Source of the DNA: an uncultured bacterium
GTDB lineage: Bacteria; Chloroflexota; Anaerolineae; B4-G1
NCBI GenBank assembly: GCA_965612745.1
Contig: CBFDTD010000004.1
Span: 1,253-65,252 of the forward strand
Length of the DNA: 64,000 nt
Reading direction: 5' to 3'
Position numbers and translations under genes: made by a program. The notes under the pieces were generated by a model. That model did no database searches, was not told where the DNA came from, and worked only from the letters and a program-made list of their open reading frames with translations. This document shows positions 8,170-17,579 of this stretch, piece after piece. The stretch's first letter is position 1. Each line of letters begins with the position of its first letter.

Positions 8170-10485
8170 TCAATCGGAGCCGCGTTCGTTGAGTTGGTCC
8201 AGCAGTTGCTGGTAGGCGGCAGCGTTGGGCGGGCGGAGTGCAATGATGGCCCGAATGGTGGCCTGGGCTTCTTTGTACCGCCCGGCTACCAACTGCAGGT
8301 CTCCCAGTTTATCCAGGTGCTCCAATGCTCGCTCGCGATCACCCGCGTCAAGATACGCCTGCGCCAGGCGGGCACGTAGCGGGATGTCATCGGGCCGTTC
8401 GCGGACCACATCTTCCAGGATGGTGAATATGCGCTCTGACTTGCCGCCCTCGCGATAGATTTTCAGGAGAGCGTCGAGTTCGGCGAGCGCCAGGTCGGGC
8501 CGGTTGAAGCGATAGTAAAGTTCCATCAGCGTCAGGCGAGCCCGCTCGTCGTCGGGGGCGAGTTTGCGAATGTGCTCGTAGACGCCGACGGCCCGCTTCC
8601 AATCCACACGCTGCATATCAATGTCGCCTATTTTATGCAGAATGCGAACCACCCACTTTCGTTCGGGGTCGCCCCGCGGCGCCAATCGCAATGCCTCCTG
8701 GTACGTGTCACGCGCCTGGTCTATCTGCGCCAGTTGGTAATAACTGTCGGCCAGGATCATGTAGTGCTCCAGCGCCTCATCAATTATCCCGTGGCTGATG
8801 AGCAGGTCAATTAACTTGGCCCGCACCACTGTGTTCATAGGCGTCAGTTTCAGAGCGCGCTGGTACATCGCGATGGCCTGACGGACGTCGCCACGGATGC
8901 GATAAGTATCGGCGATAGTGACGAACTTGGTCACCGCATCGTCCACCTTCCCCATTGCCAGCAACACCTGGGCTATTTGCCGATGGATGGGCAGGTAGAT
9001 GGGAGCGCGACTCAGAGCATGGTAGCATTCTTCCAAGGCAGCGTAGAGCATACCGCGCTTGACGTACTCCTGTGATAGGGCCACCGATTCCAGGACGCGC
9101 TCCGAGTCCGGGATCGCCAGCATCTCGGCCAGGCTCAGGGTGGGGCCTTCCTCAGCCAGCGCGTCGAGCCGCTGGCGTGCCTGAATGACTTTATCCTCCC
9201 ACCCCTTTTCGCTGAGGAAGGTGACCAACGAATTGGTGAATTCGAGCGCCTGGTCTCGATCGCCTTTGGCGATGTAGCCATCGGCGAGGTGTTCGTAAAG
9301 TTGGATCAGGCCATCGGCCTGATCACGCCGGACAGTGGCCAGATCCACCATCTTGAGCACCTCGACGAAGTGCTCCAGCGCCTCGTCAATGCGACCCCGA
9401 GCGCGGTAGCACTCGCCCAAGGCAAAGTGACTGCCCAGCGCATACTCAGGGTGGGAGACAGCCTTCTCGAACTGGGCAATGGCAGCGTCGAAACGCAGTT
9501 TCTCCTGATAGAGCAGACCGAGGTTGAAGTGCACGGCAGGAAGATCCACTCCTGCTTCGATCACTTCCTCATACGCCGCAATCGCCTCTTCGATCTTCCC
9601 CCGGGTCTGGAAATCAATCGCTTTGCCAATCAGGGCATCAATCTCCGCCTTGCTGAGCCGAGGAGCCTCGGCAGGTGGTGCCGCCACCACTTCCTCCTCA
9701 AAAACGCTCTCGGCCAGGTCGGTGAGCGCCTTCTGGCGAGTGGTTTCGGCGGGACTGCCCCGCTCCTCGGCGGCTCCGGCCTCTGGTGCAGCCGGAAACT
9801 CCAGCGTGGCAGGACCGGTCGGCTCCTCCACGACCGCCAGTGGTTCGGGTTCCTCTTCGGGGACCCTAGATTCAGGCTCCACAGCGGCCTGCTTGCCATA
9901 GCGCAGGCTATCGAGGAGGGTCAGCACCTCAGAGTTATGGGGAGCCAACTTGAGGGCATGCTGACACATCTGGACAGCATAGGAATTCTGTCCCTGGGCC
10001 TGGTAGATGCGCGCCAGGGCCAGGCATTCCTCGACCGCCTCGCGCACTTGTCCGTGGCGCTGGTAATACTGGAGCAACTGCGCGTGGGCCTGCAGGCAAT
10101 CAGGCCAGACGCGGACGGCATCCCGCCAGCGTTCCAACGCCAGGTGAGCAGCCTGCTGCTGGCTGAGGTAGCATGCGGCAGAGGCCATATAGGCTTCAGC
10201 GGCCTCCTTTCGCCGGCCCAGTTGCTCCCGCGTCTTCCCTATGCGCTCCAGAAGTAAGGGATTGTCCGGAGCGAGGGCGCTGGCCTGCTGGTAAGCATCC
10301 AGAGCGGCCTCCAACTGGCCTGCGCCGGAGTAGGCCAAGCCCAGGCCGGTGAGCGCGCTGACGTCGTGGGGGAACTCGGTCAGCGCACGCCGATAGGCCG
10401 CGATGGCCTGGTCCCAGTTTCCGTCCCAGGCGGCATCGGCCCCCGCTCGCATCGCCTCTTCGAAGACTTTGCGGTTCCTTGCCAC
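8170..10485 (-). CDS. Large tetratricopeptide-repeat protein (771 aa)
   Basis: Many TPR-like helical pairs (ALTGLGLAYSGAGQLEAALDAYQQA; HFNLGLLYQEKLRFDAAIAQFEKA) with an acidic Pro-rich linker. Confidence 0.88.
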   Translation of the reverse strand: MARNRKVFEEAMRAGADAAWDGNWDQAIAAYRRALTEFPHDVSALTGLGLAYSGAGQLEAALDAYQQASALAPDNPLLLERIGKTREQLGRRKEAAEAYMASAACYLSQQQAAHLALERWRDAVRVWPDCLQAHAQLLQYYQRHGQVREAVEECLALARIYQAQGQNSYAVQMCQHALKLAPHNSEVLTLLDSLRYGKQAAVEPESRVPEEEPEPLAVVEEPTGPATLEFPAAPEAGAAEERGSPAETTRQKALTDLAESVFEEEVVAAPPAEAPRLSKAEIDALIGKAIDFQTRGKIEEAIAAYEEVIEAGVDLPAVHFNLGLLYQEKLRFDAAIAQFEKAVSHPEYALGSHFALGECYRARGRIDEALEHFVEVLKMVDLATVRRDQADGLIQLYEHLADGYIAKGDRDQALEFTNSLVTFLSEKGWEDKVIQARQRLDALAEEGPTLSLAEMLAIPDSERVLESVALSQEYVKRGMLYAALEECYHALSRAPIYLPIHRQIAQVLLAMGKVDDAVTKFVTIADTYRIRGDVRQAIAMYQRALKLTPMNTVVRAKLIDLLISHGIIDEALEHYMILADSYYQLAQIDQARDTYQEALRLAPRGDPERKWVVRILHKIGDIDMQRVDWKRAVGVYEHIRKLAPDDERARLTLMELYYRFNRPDLALAELDALLKIYREGGKSERIFTILEDVVRERPDDIPLRARLAQAYLDAGDRERALEHLDKLGDLQLVAGRYKEAQATIRAIIALRPPNAAAYQQLLDQLNERGSD

Positions 10486-10501
10486 AATCCTGCCCTTCCG
10501 A

Positions 10502-11422
10502 TTACGCTATCAACTCCACCAGGATGGCTTTTTGTGCGTGCATGCGGTTCTCGGCCTGATCCCACAGCACCGAGTGTGGACCATCGCAGACCTCATCGGT
10601 GATCTCCTGCCCCCGATGGGCCGGCAGGCAGTGCATGACGATGACGTCCGGCCTGGCCTCCGCCACCAACGATGTGTTGACCTGGTAGGGTCCGAAAACG
10701 CGGGCGCGTTCCTCGGCTTCGGCTTCCTGACCCATCGAGGCCCACACGTCGGTGTAGATCACATCGGCTCCGGTGACCGCTTCGTGGGGATCATGGGTCG
10801 CCAACAGATGACTGCCGCTATCAGCGGCAAACTGCTGTCCTAATGCCCACACGCCGGAGGGCAGTTCGTAGCCCGGCGGCCCGGCAATGGCGAAATCCAT
10901 CCCCAGCAAGGTCGCGCCGAAGAGAAGCGAGGTCGCCACGTTGTTGCCGTCACCAATGAAGGCCAGTTTGCGACCCCGCAGGGAGCGGCCCTTGTGCTCG
11001 ATGATGGTGAGGAAATCGGCCAGGCCCTGGCAGGGATGATTGTAGTCGGAGAGGCCGTTGATGACGGGTACGCACGAATACTCCGCCAGCGTGAGCACGT
11101 CGGCGTGGCCGAAGACGCGGGCCATAATGCCATCCACGTAGCGGGAGAGGACACGGGCCACATCAGGCACGCTTTCCCGTTTGCCCAGTTGAATCTCGAA
11201 AGGAGAGAGGTAGAGCGCCTGTCCGCCCAGGTGGATCATCGCCATCTCGAAGGAGACGCGGGTGCGCAGGGAGGGTTTCTGGAAGATCATGCCCAAGGTC
11301 TTGCCTTTGAGCAGGGGGCGGTTGCCACCGGCTTTCCACTCCTCCTTCAGTTCGACCGCCAGGTTGAGCAAACCGCGTAGTTCATCGGGTGTCAGGTCTG
11401 CCAGGCTGAGGAAGTGATCCAT
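10502..11422 (-). CDS. argF: Ornithine carbamoyltransferase
   Basis: SLRTR carbamoyl-phosphate motif, HPCQ, HCLP, WDQAENR; start MDHFLSL at 11422 after GGAGG. Confidence 0.95.
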   Translation of the reverse strand: MDHFLSLADLTPDELRGLLNLAVELKEEWKAGGNRPLLKGKTLGMIFQKPSLRTRVSFEMAMIHLGGQALYLSPFEIQLGKRESVPDVARVLSRYVDGIMARVFGHADVLTLAEYSCVPVINGLSDYNHPCQGLADFLTIIEHKGRSLRGRKLAFIGDGNNVATSLLFGATLLGMDFAIAGPPGYELPSGVWALGQQFAADSGSHLLATHDPHEAVTGADVIYTDVWASMGQEAEAEERARVFGPYQVNTSLVAEARPDVIVMHCLPAHRGQEITDEVCDGPHSVLWDQAENRMHAQKAILVELIA

Positions 11423-11452
11423 TTGCGCCTCCAGATAGTGAAGTTTGAAGAT

Positions 11453-11461
11453 AGTATACCA
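11453..11461 (-). promoter_or_regulatory. Extended -10 promoter upstream of argF
   Basis: TGG-TATACT (TGn + -10) about 30 nt upstream of the start. Confidence 0.5.
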
Positions 11462-11531
11462 CAAGACGCAGGAAGCAGGAAGCAAGGGAGCAGGGGAGCG
11501 GAGGAGCAGAGGAGGAGGGGAGCAGGGGCGG

Positions 11532-12242
11532 TCAGAAGCCCATCGCTTGGCGGGCGGCGCGCCACAGGTTGGTGCGGATTTGCTCCTGGTCGCGGCCAAA
11601 TTGGCGCAGGAGCGCCTTAATCTGCGCCCTCCTGGAGGTTAGGCCCTGGGGACAGGGGAGGTTCTCGGGGAGGTCGGCCGCGTGGGCGTAGCGGGCCAGT
11701 TCCTTCTCCGGGAGGTAGATTAGGGGACGGATGACGGTTATGGCACCGTCGAAGAACTCGACGCGGGGGGCCATCGTCTCCAGTTTGCCGTTGAACATCA
11801 AGTTCAGGAGCGTCGTGGCGGCTGCGTCGTCGGCGTGGTGACCGAAGGCCAGTTTGTTACAGCCTAGAGCGACCGCAGCGGTGAAGAGGGCCTTGCGCCG
11901 GTTCCAGGAGCAGCGAAAGCAATCGAGCGGCAGAGGCTCATCCGGCGGCAGTTCCAGCGGGGCGAAGTGATACTCGGCGCCCAGTTCCCGGAACCAGGGT
12001 TCCAGTTGAGGCCGCAAGTCGGGGAAGCCGGCCGGGGTGCCGACGATGTGGAGGGCCAGCACATCATATCGGTAGGGCACCCTGCGCCGGTAGCGGAGCA
12101 GCAGTTCGAGCAGGACGCGGCTGTCCTTTCCACCGGAGACCGCCACCGCCACCCGGTCGCCCTCGGTCAGCAGATTGAACTCCTTACAGGCTCGGGCGAC
12201 GGATTTTAATAAAAAAGAGGCAACGCGGTCGGGGTCGTTCAT
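11532..12242 (-). CDS. TtcA-family PP-loop tRNA thiolation protein
   Basis: SGGKDS PP-loop, CFRC, GHHADD, IRPL motifs. Confidence 0.85.
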   Translation of the reverse strand: MNDPDRVASFLLKSVARACKEFNLLTEGDRVAVAVSGGKDSRVLLELLLRYRRRVPYRYDVLALHIVGTPAGFPDLRPQLEPWFRELGAEYHFAPLELPPDEPLPLDCFRCSWNRRKALFTAAVALGCNKLAFGHHADDAAATTLLNLMFNGKLETMAPRVEFFDGAITVIRPLIYLPEKELARYAHAADLPENLPCPQGLTSRRAQIKALLRQFGRDQEQIRTNLWRAARQAMGF

Positions 12243-12595
12243 CGCAGCCCCAGACGTGAACGGGACACCGAGGAACGCTCGGCATGGGCCTCATCAGCCG
12301 ACAAACCGGGCACGTGCACCACAAAGTGAAAATATTCAGGTGAACTGGACAGAAACGTGTGAGCCTCGCCGGGATCAATGATGATCATATCCCCTGCTTC
12401 CAAGGTGACTGTCTCCTGCTCCACCCGCATCTCCGACGTGCCGCGTGCTACCAAGTAAATCTCGGTTATTCGCTTGTGAACATGGGGGTCGTCAACTCCC
12501 TCGTTTGCATACCCGACCGAGATTGTCAGATTAGAGTTCCAGGGGCCGGCGTGCCAGCCCTTATCGGCAGTTGGGTCGGCTCTTTCGATACGCAT
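12239..12595 (-). CDS. Cupin-domain protein
   Basis: PHVH...EIYLVARG and PGEAH cupin motifs; ATGA overlap with the ttcA-like gene. Confidence 0.8.
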   Translation of the reverse strand: MRIERADPTADKGWHAGPWNSNLTISVGYANEGVDDPHVHKRITEIYLVARGTSEMRVEQETVTLEAGDMIIIDPGEAHTFLSSSPEYFHFVVHVPGLSADEAHAERSSVSRSRLGLR

Positions 12596-12612
12596 TGGTC
12601 ATTTGCCGTTTG

Positions 12613-13638
12613 TCATTTGATTTCCCGCCCCTCATACTGCCGCCGGTAGTATTCCCGATAGTGCTCGCCGCTCTTGATAGGTCGCCACCACCACTCGTTC
12701 TCGACGTACCAGCGCACCGTCTTCTCGATGGCCTCCTCGCAGGTGTGGGTCGGCTCCCAGCCCAGGGCGCGGATTTTGCCCACATCGAGCGCGTAGCGAC
12801 GGTCGTGGCCGGGCCGGTCGCGCACCAGCTGGATGAGGCTCTCCGGCTTGCCCAGCAGTTTGAGGATCAGGCGGGCCATGTCAATGTTGCGCATCTCGGT
12901 GCCGGTGCCGACGTTGTAGATGCCCCCGATCTCTCCCTTGTGCAGCACAATGTCAATCGCCTCGCAGTGATCGAGCACGTACTGGTAGTCGCGCACCTGC
13001 AACCCATCGCCGTAGAGGGGCAACGGCAGGTCGTCAATGGCGTTGGTGACGAAGAGCGGCACGACTTTCTCAGGGTACTGGTAGGGGCCAATGTTGTTCG
13101 CGCCCCGGGTGATGGTGACCGGCAGGCCGTAGGTGACGTGGTAGGCGTTGACCATCAGGTCGGCGCTGGCCTTGCTGGCGGCGTAGGGGCTGCGCGGGGC
13201 GACGGGGTCGGTCTCTTTCGAGCGGCCTGTCTGCACTTCTCCGTACGTCTCATCTGTCGATACTTGGTGCATCCGCTCTAACCCGAACTCACGGGCCGCC
13301 TCCAGCAGCACATAGGTGCCATAGACGTCGGTCTTGATGAAGGCGTCGGGGTTCATAATGGACCTATCAACGTGACTTTCAGCGGCAAAATTTATGACCG
13401 TGTCCACGTTATAAGCGCGGATCGTCTCCCGCACCTTCGCCGCGTCGCAGATGTCCCCCCGCACGAAGGCGTAGCGGCCGGCAAATCGCTCGGCCACGTC
13501 CTGGAGGTTCTCCAGCCGCCCGGCGTAGGTCAGTTTGTCGTAGACGACGATGTAGTAGCCGGGATATTTCTCCAGCATATAGCGGACGAAGTTGGAGCCG
13601 ATGAAACCGGCCCCACCGGTGACCATTAGGTTACGCAT
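12613..13638 (-). CDS. rfbB: dTDP-glucose 4,6-dehydratase
   Basis: GGAGFIG, DKLTYAG, AAESHVDRS, STDE, YAASK, DRPGHDRRY. Confidence 0.95.
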   Translation of the reverse strand: MRNLMVTGGAGFIGSNFVRYMLEKYPGYYIVVYDKLTYAGRLENLQDVAERFAGRYAFVRGDICDAAKVRETIRAYNVDTVINFAAESHVDRSIMNPDAFIKTDVYGTYVLLEAAREFGLERMHQVSTDETYGEVQTGRSKETDPVAPRSPYAASKASADLMVNAYHVTYGLPVTITRGANNIGPYQYPEKVVPLFVTNAIDDLPLPLYGDGLQVRDYQYVLDHCEAIDIVLHKGEIGGIYNVGTGTEMRNIDMARLILKLLGKPESLIQLVRDRPGHDRRYALDVGKIRALGWEPTHTCEEAIEKTVRWYVENEWWWRPIKSGEHYREYYRRQYEGREIK

Positions 13639-13653
13639 ACCATAACTCCTCAT

Positions 13654-13945
13654 TCAGGGTTTACCTCGAAGGTATATTGAAGAAATCGAGTGGAGGCCCG
13701 GCTTCAGCCGGGAAACCCCCGCTGAAGCGGGACGTCCCGAGCATTCTGCGATCAGGGTTTACCTCGAAGTGTACTGAAGAAATCGGGCGGAGGCCCGGCT
13801 TCAGCCGGGGAACCCCCGCTGAAGCGGGACGTCCGGAGCATTCTGCGATCAGAGTTTACCTCGAAGTGCACTGAAGAAATCGGGTGGAGGCCCGGCTTCA
13901 GCCGGGAAACCCCCGCTGAAGCGGGACGTCCGGAGCATTCTGCGA
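13654..13945. repeat. Tandem array of three 97-98 bp REP-doublet units (BIME-like)
   Basis: Units start at 13654, 13752 and 13849; each has hairpins CCCGGCTTCAGCCGGG and CCCGCTGAAGCGGG; units are near-identical with no unique spacers. Confidence 0.92.
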
Positions 13946-14036
13946 TACTCTTTCGACCACTCTGCCACGGCCTACGAGCAGGCAGCCTTTCGATGAACCC
14001 GTCGCTTGAATCCGTTGCTGTCCTGTAATCCGTGCC

Positions 14037-14993
14037 CTACCGGATGCGCAGAGGCGCGATACCACCGGCCTCGAACCCGCAGGCCTGATAGAAATCACGG
14101 GCGGCCGGGTCGCCCCGTGAGGTGTCTACCAAGAGATGGGTCGCTCCTCGCCGGTCCGCCCGTTGTACCGCCGCCTCCACCAGCGCCGCGCCAATTCCCT
14201 GCCGCCGGTACACCGGATCCACGGCCAGGTCGTCAATCAGGGCTCGCAGCCCGGAAAGAGCGGGAACAAATGATAGTACGAGAAGCCCTACCACCTTTCC
14301 GTCCACCTCCGCAACCAGCACGTCCATCGCCAGGCTCTCGCGGAAACGCTGGGCCGCGGCCTGTATCTCGGCCGGGCTCATATTCGCGTTGGCAGGGATC
14401 AGCGGTAGCAGTTCCAGTACCCGGGCCTCGTCCTCCGCACGGGCCTCGCGGATGACGACGCCTGGCATCTCGACGCGGAATTCCGGCGAGCGGCTGCGCA
14501 CCCAGCGGGCGATCACCTCCCGGTGGGTGCGGAAAGCCAGTTTCTCAGGCAGCCCATCAGGTGGAAAGACACCCACATCCTGCGCATCGTCTCCCGCCCG
14601 CAGTTCTCCGCCCACCGGCCGGGCGCGGTAGAAGATGATGATGCCGCTCTGCCCTGGTCCCTCCGGAAAGGAGTAGACGCCGAACAGTTCCAGAAGTTCG
14701 ACGTCGAGGCCGGTCTCCTCCTTGCACTCCCGCACCGCCGCCTGCTCGACGCTCTCGTCGGCCTCGATATAGCCAGCAGGGAGGGCCCACCAGCCCACAA
14801 AGGGCGGCTGGCCCCGCTTGACCAGCACGATGCCACCCCCCATCTCCACCAGCACACCGGCGCCAGGCACCGGGTTGCGGTAGAGGATGAACCCACAGGC
14901 GGGACAGACCTCCCGCATGCGCCCGCTTACCTCGGCTGTCTCCATCGCCGTCCCGCAGCGGGGACAGTAGGTCACTTTATCGTTGTTCCCCAT
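14037..14993 (-). CDS. Zinc-ribbon NUDIX hydrolase fused to a GNAT acetyltransferase
   Basis: CPRC/CPAC ribbon, Nudix box GYIEADESVEQAAVRECKEETGL, GNAT motif A VDPVYRRQGIGAAL. Confidence 0.85.
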   Translation of the reverse strand: MGNNDKVTYCPRCGTAMETAEVSGRMREVCPACGFILYRNPVPGAGVLVEMGGGIVLVKRGQPPFVGWWALPAGYIEADESVEQAAVRECKEETGLDVELLELFGVYSFPEGPGQSGIIIFYRARPVGGELRAGDDAQDVGVFPPDGLPEKLAFRTHREVIARWVRSRSPEFRVEMPGVVIREARAEDEARVLELLPLIPANANMSPAEIQAAAQRFRESLAMDVLVAEVDGKVVGLLVLSFVPALSGLRALIDDLAVDPVYRRQGIGAALVEAAVQRADRRGATHLLVDTSRGDPAARDFYQACGFEAGGIAPLRIR

Positions 14994-15052
14994 ATTCACC
15001 ACCTATACAAAGCAGGACGCGGATTCATGCAGGCTTTCGCAGATAAGCACAA

Positions 15053-16561
15053 TCAGCGTGAATCTGCGCCCTTCCCCGGCAATAGTTCGGCCCGCAGTTG
15101 GGGCGCATAGGTATCAATGATCTCAGGGGTGATAGCGTTGGCCCGGATGACGTCGGCATAGAGTTTGGCACTGCGACGCGGCCTGCGCCCTCCCCTGGGA
15201 CCGAGCGCGATGAGGCCGAAACGCAGCGTCCACCCCTGCGCCCACTCGAAATTGTCCACCAGCGTCCAATGGTAGTAGCCCATCACCGGGTAGCACAACT
15301 GGATCGCATGCCACATCTGATGCAGATGGGTCAGAATGTAGCGCGGTCGCTGGTCGTCATCATCGTCGGGGATGCCGTTCTCCGTGACGTAGATGGGCAG
15401 GCCCAGACGTGCCAACCGCCGGAGGCAGCGGAACATCCCACGGGGATAGAACTCGCCGTATCCGCCATCGAGCAACTCGGCACCCTCGGCGTGCAGGCGG
15501 CGGCTGAAGAGCGCCTGCCGCTGCGTGCGGTCGAAGGCGACCAGGTCACGGGTATAGTAGTTGAGGCCGATCCAGTCGAGCGTGTGCCGCAGTTTCCAGG
15601 CCAGGCCCAAACCCAGCGGCAATGTCCAACGCCCTCGGAGCAATGCGGTCAGGATAGCCTGGTTGTAGGTCTTATCCACCAGCCGGGCGACGCGCCGGTC
15701 CAGCGGCGAACGGGGATTGGCCGGGTCGAAGATGCGCATACTGTGGGCGAAGCCGACACGGGCCTGGGGTTGAAGGGCGTGAATCTCGCGGTAGGCAGCC
15801 GCGTGGCCCGCGAGGAGGTTACGGACGACGCGCATCGCCGCTTTGAAATCGGATTTACCGGGTGGAAAGACGCCCTCCAGGTAGCCCATATAGCCGTAGA
15901 CGTTGGGTTCGTTGATGGTGCACCACAGGTCGCAGTGCTCACCCAGCGATTCGACGACCCGGCGCACGAAGCGGGCGAAAAGCGCGACGGTCTCCGGGGC
16001 CTCCCAGCCGCCACGCTCGGCCAGCCAGCGGGGGTTGGTGAAATGGTGCAGCGTGACCATCGGCTCGATGTTACGCCCACGCAGACCCTGCAACATCTCA
16101 CCGTAGCGCGCCAGCGCAGAATCGTCGAATTCGCCGGGGCGGGGCTCGACCCGCGACCACTCGACCGAGAGGCGGAGCGCGTTCAGGCCCAGTTCGACGG
16201 CGCGGTCGAAATCGGCCTCGGCGTTCTTCCACCAGTTGCAGGCCCGGCCCGACTTGTGTCCCTCCTTGATGCGGCCCTCCTGCTGCTCCCAGGCCCACCA
16301 GTCGTTGTTGGTGTTATCCCCCTCGACCTGATGGGCGGCAGTGGCGACACCCCATTTGAAGTCGGCGGGGAAGTGGAAGGTGGCTCGGGGCATCAGCGCT
16401 TCCTCCACGACAGAGGGGGCGCCGGCCTCGATAGGAGCGCTCTCGACCTCTTCATGCTCGAACGTGGAAGTCGGTTCCTCCTCGTGGATCCACTCCAGGT
16501 CCATACCCTCAAACGGATCGTGGCCCAGGACTTTGTCAGACTTTTGCTCTTTTTTGACCAT
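15053..16561 (-). CDS. Glycoside hydrolase family 1 beta-glycosidase with a 56-aa acidic N-terminal extension
   Basis: ATAAHQVEG, SVEWSR, acid/base TINEP, nucleophile VTENG, WTLVDNFEW; second in-frame ATG (MPRATFHF) preceded by GGAGGA. Confidence 0.92.
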   Translation of the reverse strand: MVKKEQKSDKVLGHDPFEGMDLEWIHEEEPTSTFEHEEVESAPIEAGAPSVVEEALMPRATFHFPADFKWGVATAAHQVEGDNTNNDWWAWEQQEGRIKEGHKSGRACNWWKNAEADFDRAVELGLNALRLSVEWSRVEPRPGEFDDSALARYGEMLQGLRGRNIEPMVTLHHFTNPRWLAERGGWEAPETVALFARFVRRVVESLGEHCDLWCTINEPNVYGYMGYLEGVFPPGKSDFKAAMRVVRNLLAGHAAAYREIHALQPQARVGFAHSMRIFDPANPRSPLDRRVARLVDKTYNQAILTALLRGRWTLPLGLGLAWKLRHTLDWIGLNYYTRDLVAFDRTQRQALFSRRLHAEGAELLDGGYGEFYPRGMFRCLRRLARLGLPIYVTENGIPDDDDDQRPRYILTHLHQMWHAIQLCYPVMGYYHWTLVDNFEWAQGWTLRFGLIALGPRGGRRPRRSAKLYADVIRANAITPEIIDTYAPQLRAELLPGKGADSR

Positions 16562-17309
16562 CGCGGAAAACCCTCTCTACCAGACGTGCGTAGTCAATCG
16601 CGGCCAGGCTCTTGGGCGCGTATTCGTAAATGCTCATACGGTGACTGGGCGCTTCAGAAAGTTTCACGCTCGCTCGGATCGGCGCGGTCACCTTGTCAGC
16701 GAAGTAGCGTTGCAGGGTCTCCATCACCTCGCGATCTTTGCGCAAGCGGGCGTAGTAGAAGGTGGGAACGATCAGGTAAAGCCGAACGCGATGCCCGTGC
16801 ACCCGGCCGATGGTCTTGAGTGTCTGGATCACCTGACGGGTTCCTATCAAGGCCAGGTAATTCATCGCCACCGGCACGATGAGTTCCCGGACGTATAACA
16901 GGCCGCTCTCGCTCAGGAGGCTGGCCGAGGGCGAGAAATCGAGAATGATGTAATCGTAGTCGTCCTCCAGGCCCCGCAGTCTACCGACCAGCACTCGCCG
17001 GGCTATGAGGCGATTGTCTATGCGCCATAGTTCCCCCTCGGCCCGGAGCAGGCCCTCATCGCCGGCAATGAGGTCGAGGTTATCCCGCGCCCGGACAATG
17101 CAGGTTCGCGGGTTCGCCTGCCCCAACAAGAGGTGAGCGAGAGAATAGGTGTAGTGCACGCCTAGGTACGTCGCCAGGCTGCCTTGAGCGTCCAGGTCAA
17201 CACACAGAACGCGCTCCCCACGCAAGGCCAGGCCGGCGCCCAGGTTTACTACCGTGGTCGTCTTGGCCGTGCCTCCCTTGTAGTTCAGCACACCAATAAT
17301 CCTGCCCAT
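16536..17309 (-). CDS. Orphan ParA/Soj-family ATPase
   Basis: Deviant Walker A KGGTAKTT, DLDAQGS, IILDFSPS, LSEAPS; no ParB partner; overlaps the GH1 start by 26 nt. Confidence 0.9.
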   Translation of the reverse strand: MGRIIGVLNYKGGTAKTTTVVNLGAGLALRGERVLCVDLDAQGSLATYLGVHYTYSLAHLLLGQANPRTCIVRARDNLDLIAGDEGLLRAEGELWRIDNRLIARRVLVGRLRGLEDDYDYIILDFSPSASLLSESGLLYVRELIVPVAMNYLALIGTRQVIQTLKTIGRVHGHRVRLYLIVPTFYYARLRKDREVMETLQRYFADKVTAPIRASVKLSEAPSHRMSIYEYAPKSLAAIDYARLVERVFRDGQKRAKV

Positions 17310-17370
17310 CTCGATTTCTCCCCTGCCCCTTCCAAGGGAGCGCAGCGTGGGGATTTCATCTCCGCGCGCA

Positions 17371-17510
17371 ACTATTCAGCCAACCCCAGATAGGGCGTTG
17401 GAGCACATCCTTTGGGACGCAGACGAACGCCGCCAAACGCTGATTTTTGATCTGCGGAAATCTGCGTTAATCTGCGTCCGATCTCGAATCTGGCGGATTG
17501 GCTGAGTAGT
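17371..17510. mobile_element. 140-bp miniature inverted-repeat element (family A)
   Basis: TIR ACTATTCAGCCAA / TTGGCTGAGTAGT (12/13 complementary); the body matches 45244-45477 in inverted orientation. Confidence 0.75.
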
Positions 17511-17579
17511 ATCCTCCGCGCAATCTGAGCGGCCCTGTATATTGTACAGCGGGTTGAAGGGTGGGGCAAGCACGGGTCA

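Noticed and set aside
10502-11599. Long N-terminal extension on argF from the ORF track (likewise pgk, gyrA, cdaR, pfkB, jag and the GT2 at 55417)
   Set aside because: Extensions run through repeats, promoters or neighbouring genes; downstream starts match the family N-termini, several with a clear RBS.
13654-13945. Possible CRISPR array
   Set aside because: Whole 97-98 bp units are near-identical, with no unique spacers and no cas genes; it is a REP tandem.
15098-16819. 573-aa plus-strand ORF (similarly 9289-10257, 34245-35246, 34684-35850, 22759-24186, 40318-41250)
   Set aside because: All lie opposite well-supported genes and lack domain signatures.
17358-17522. Target-site duplication around the family A element
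   Set aside because: Flanks ATCTCCGCGCGCA and ATCCTCCGCGCA are similar but not identical; too degenerate to call.
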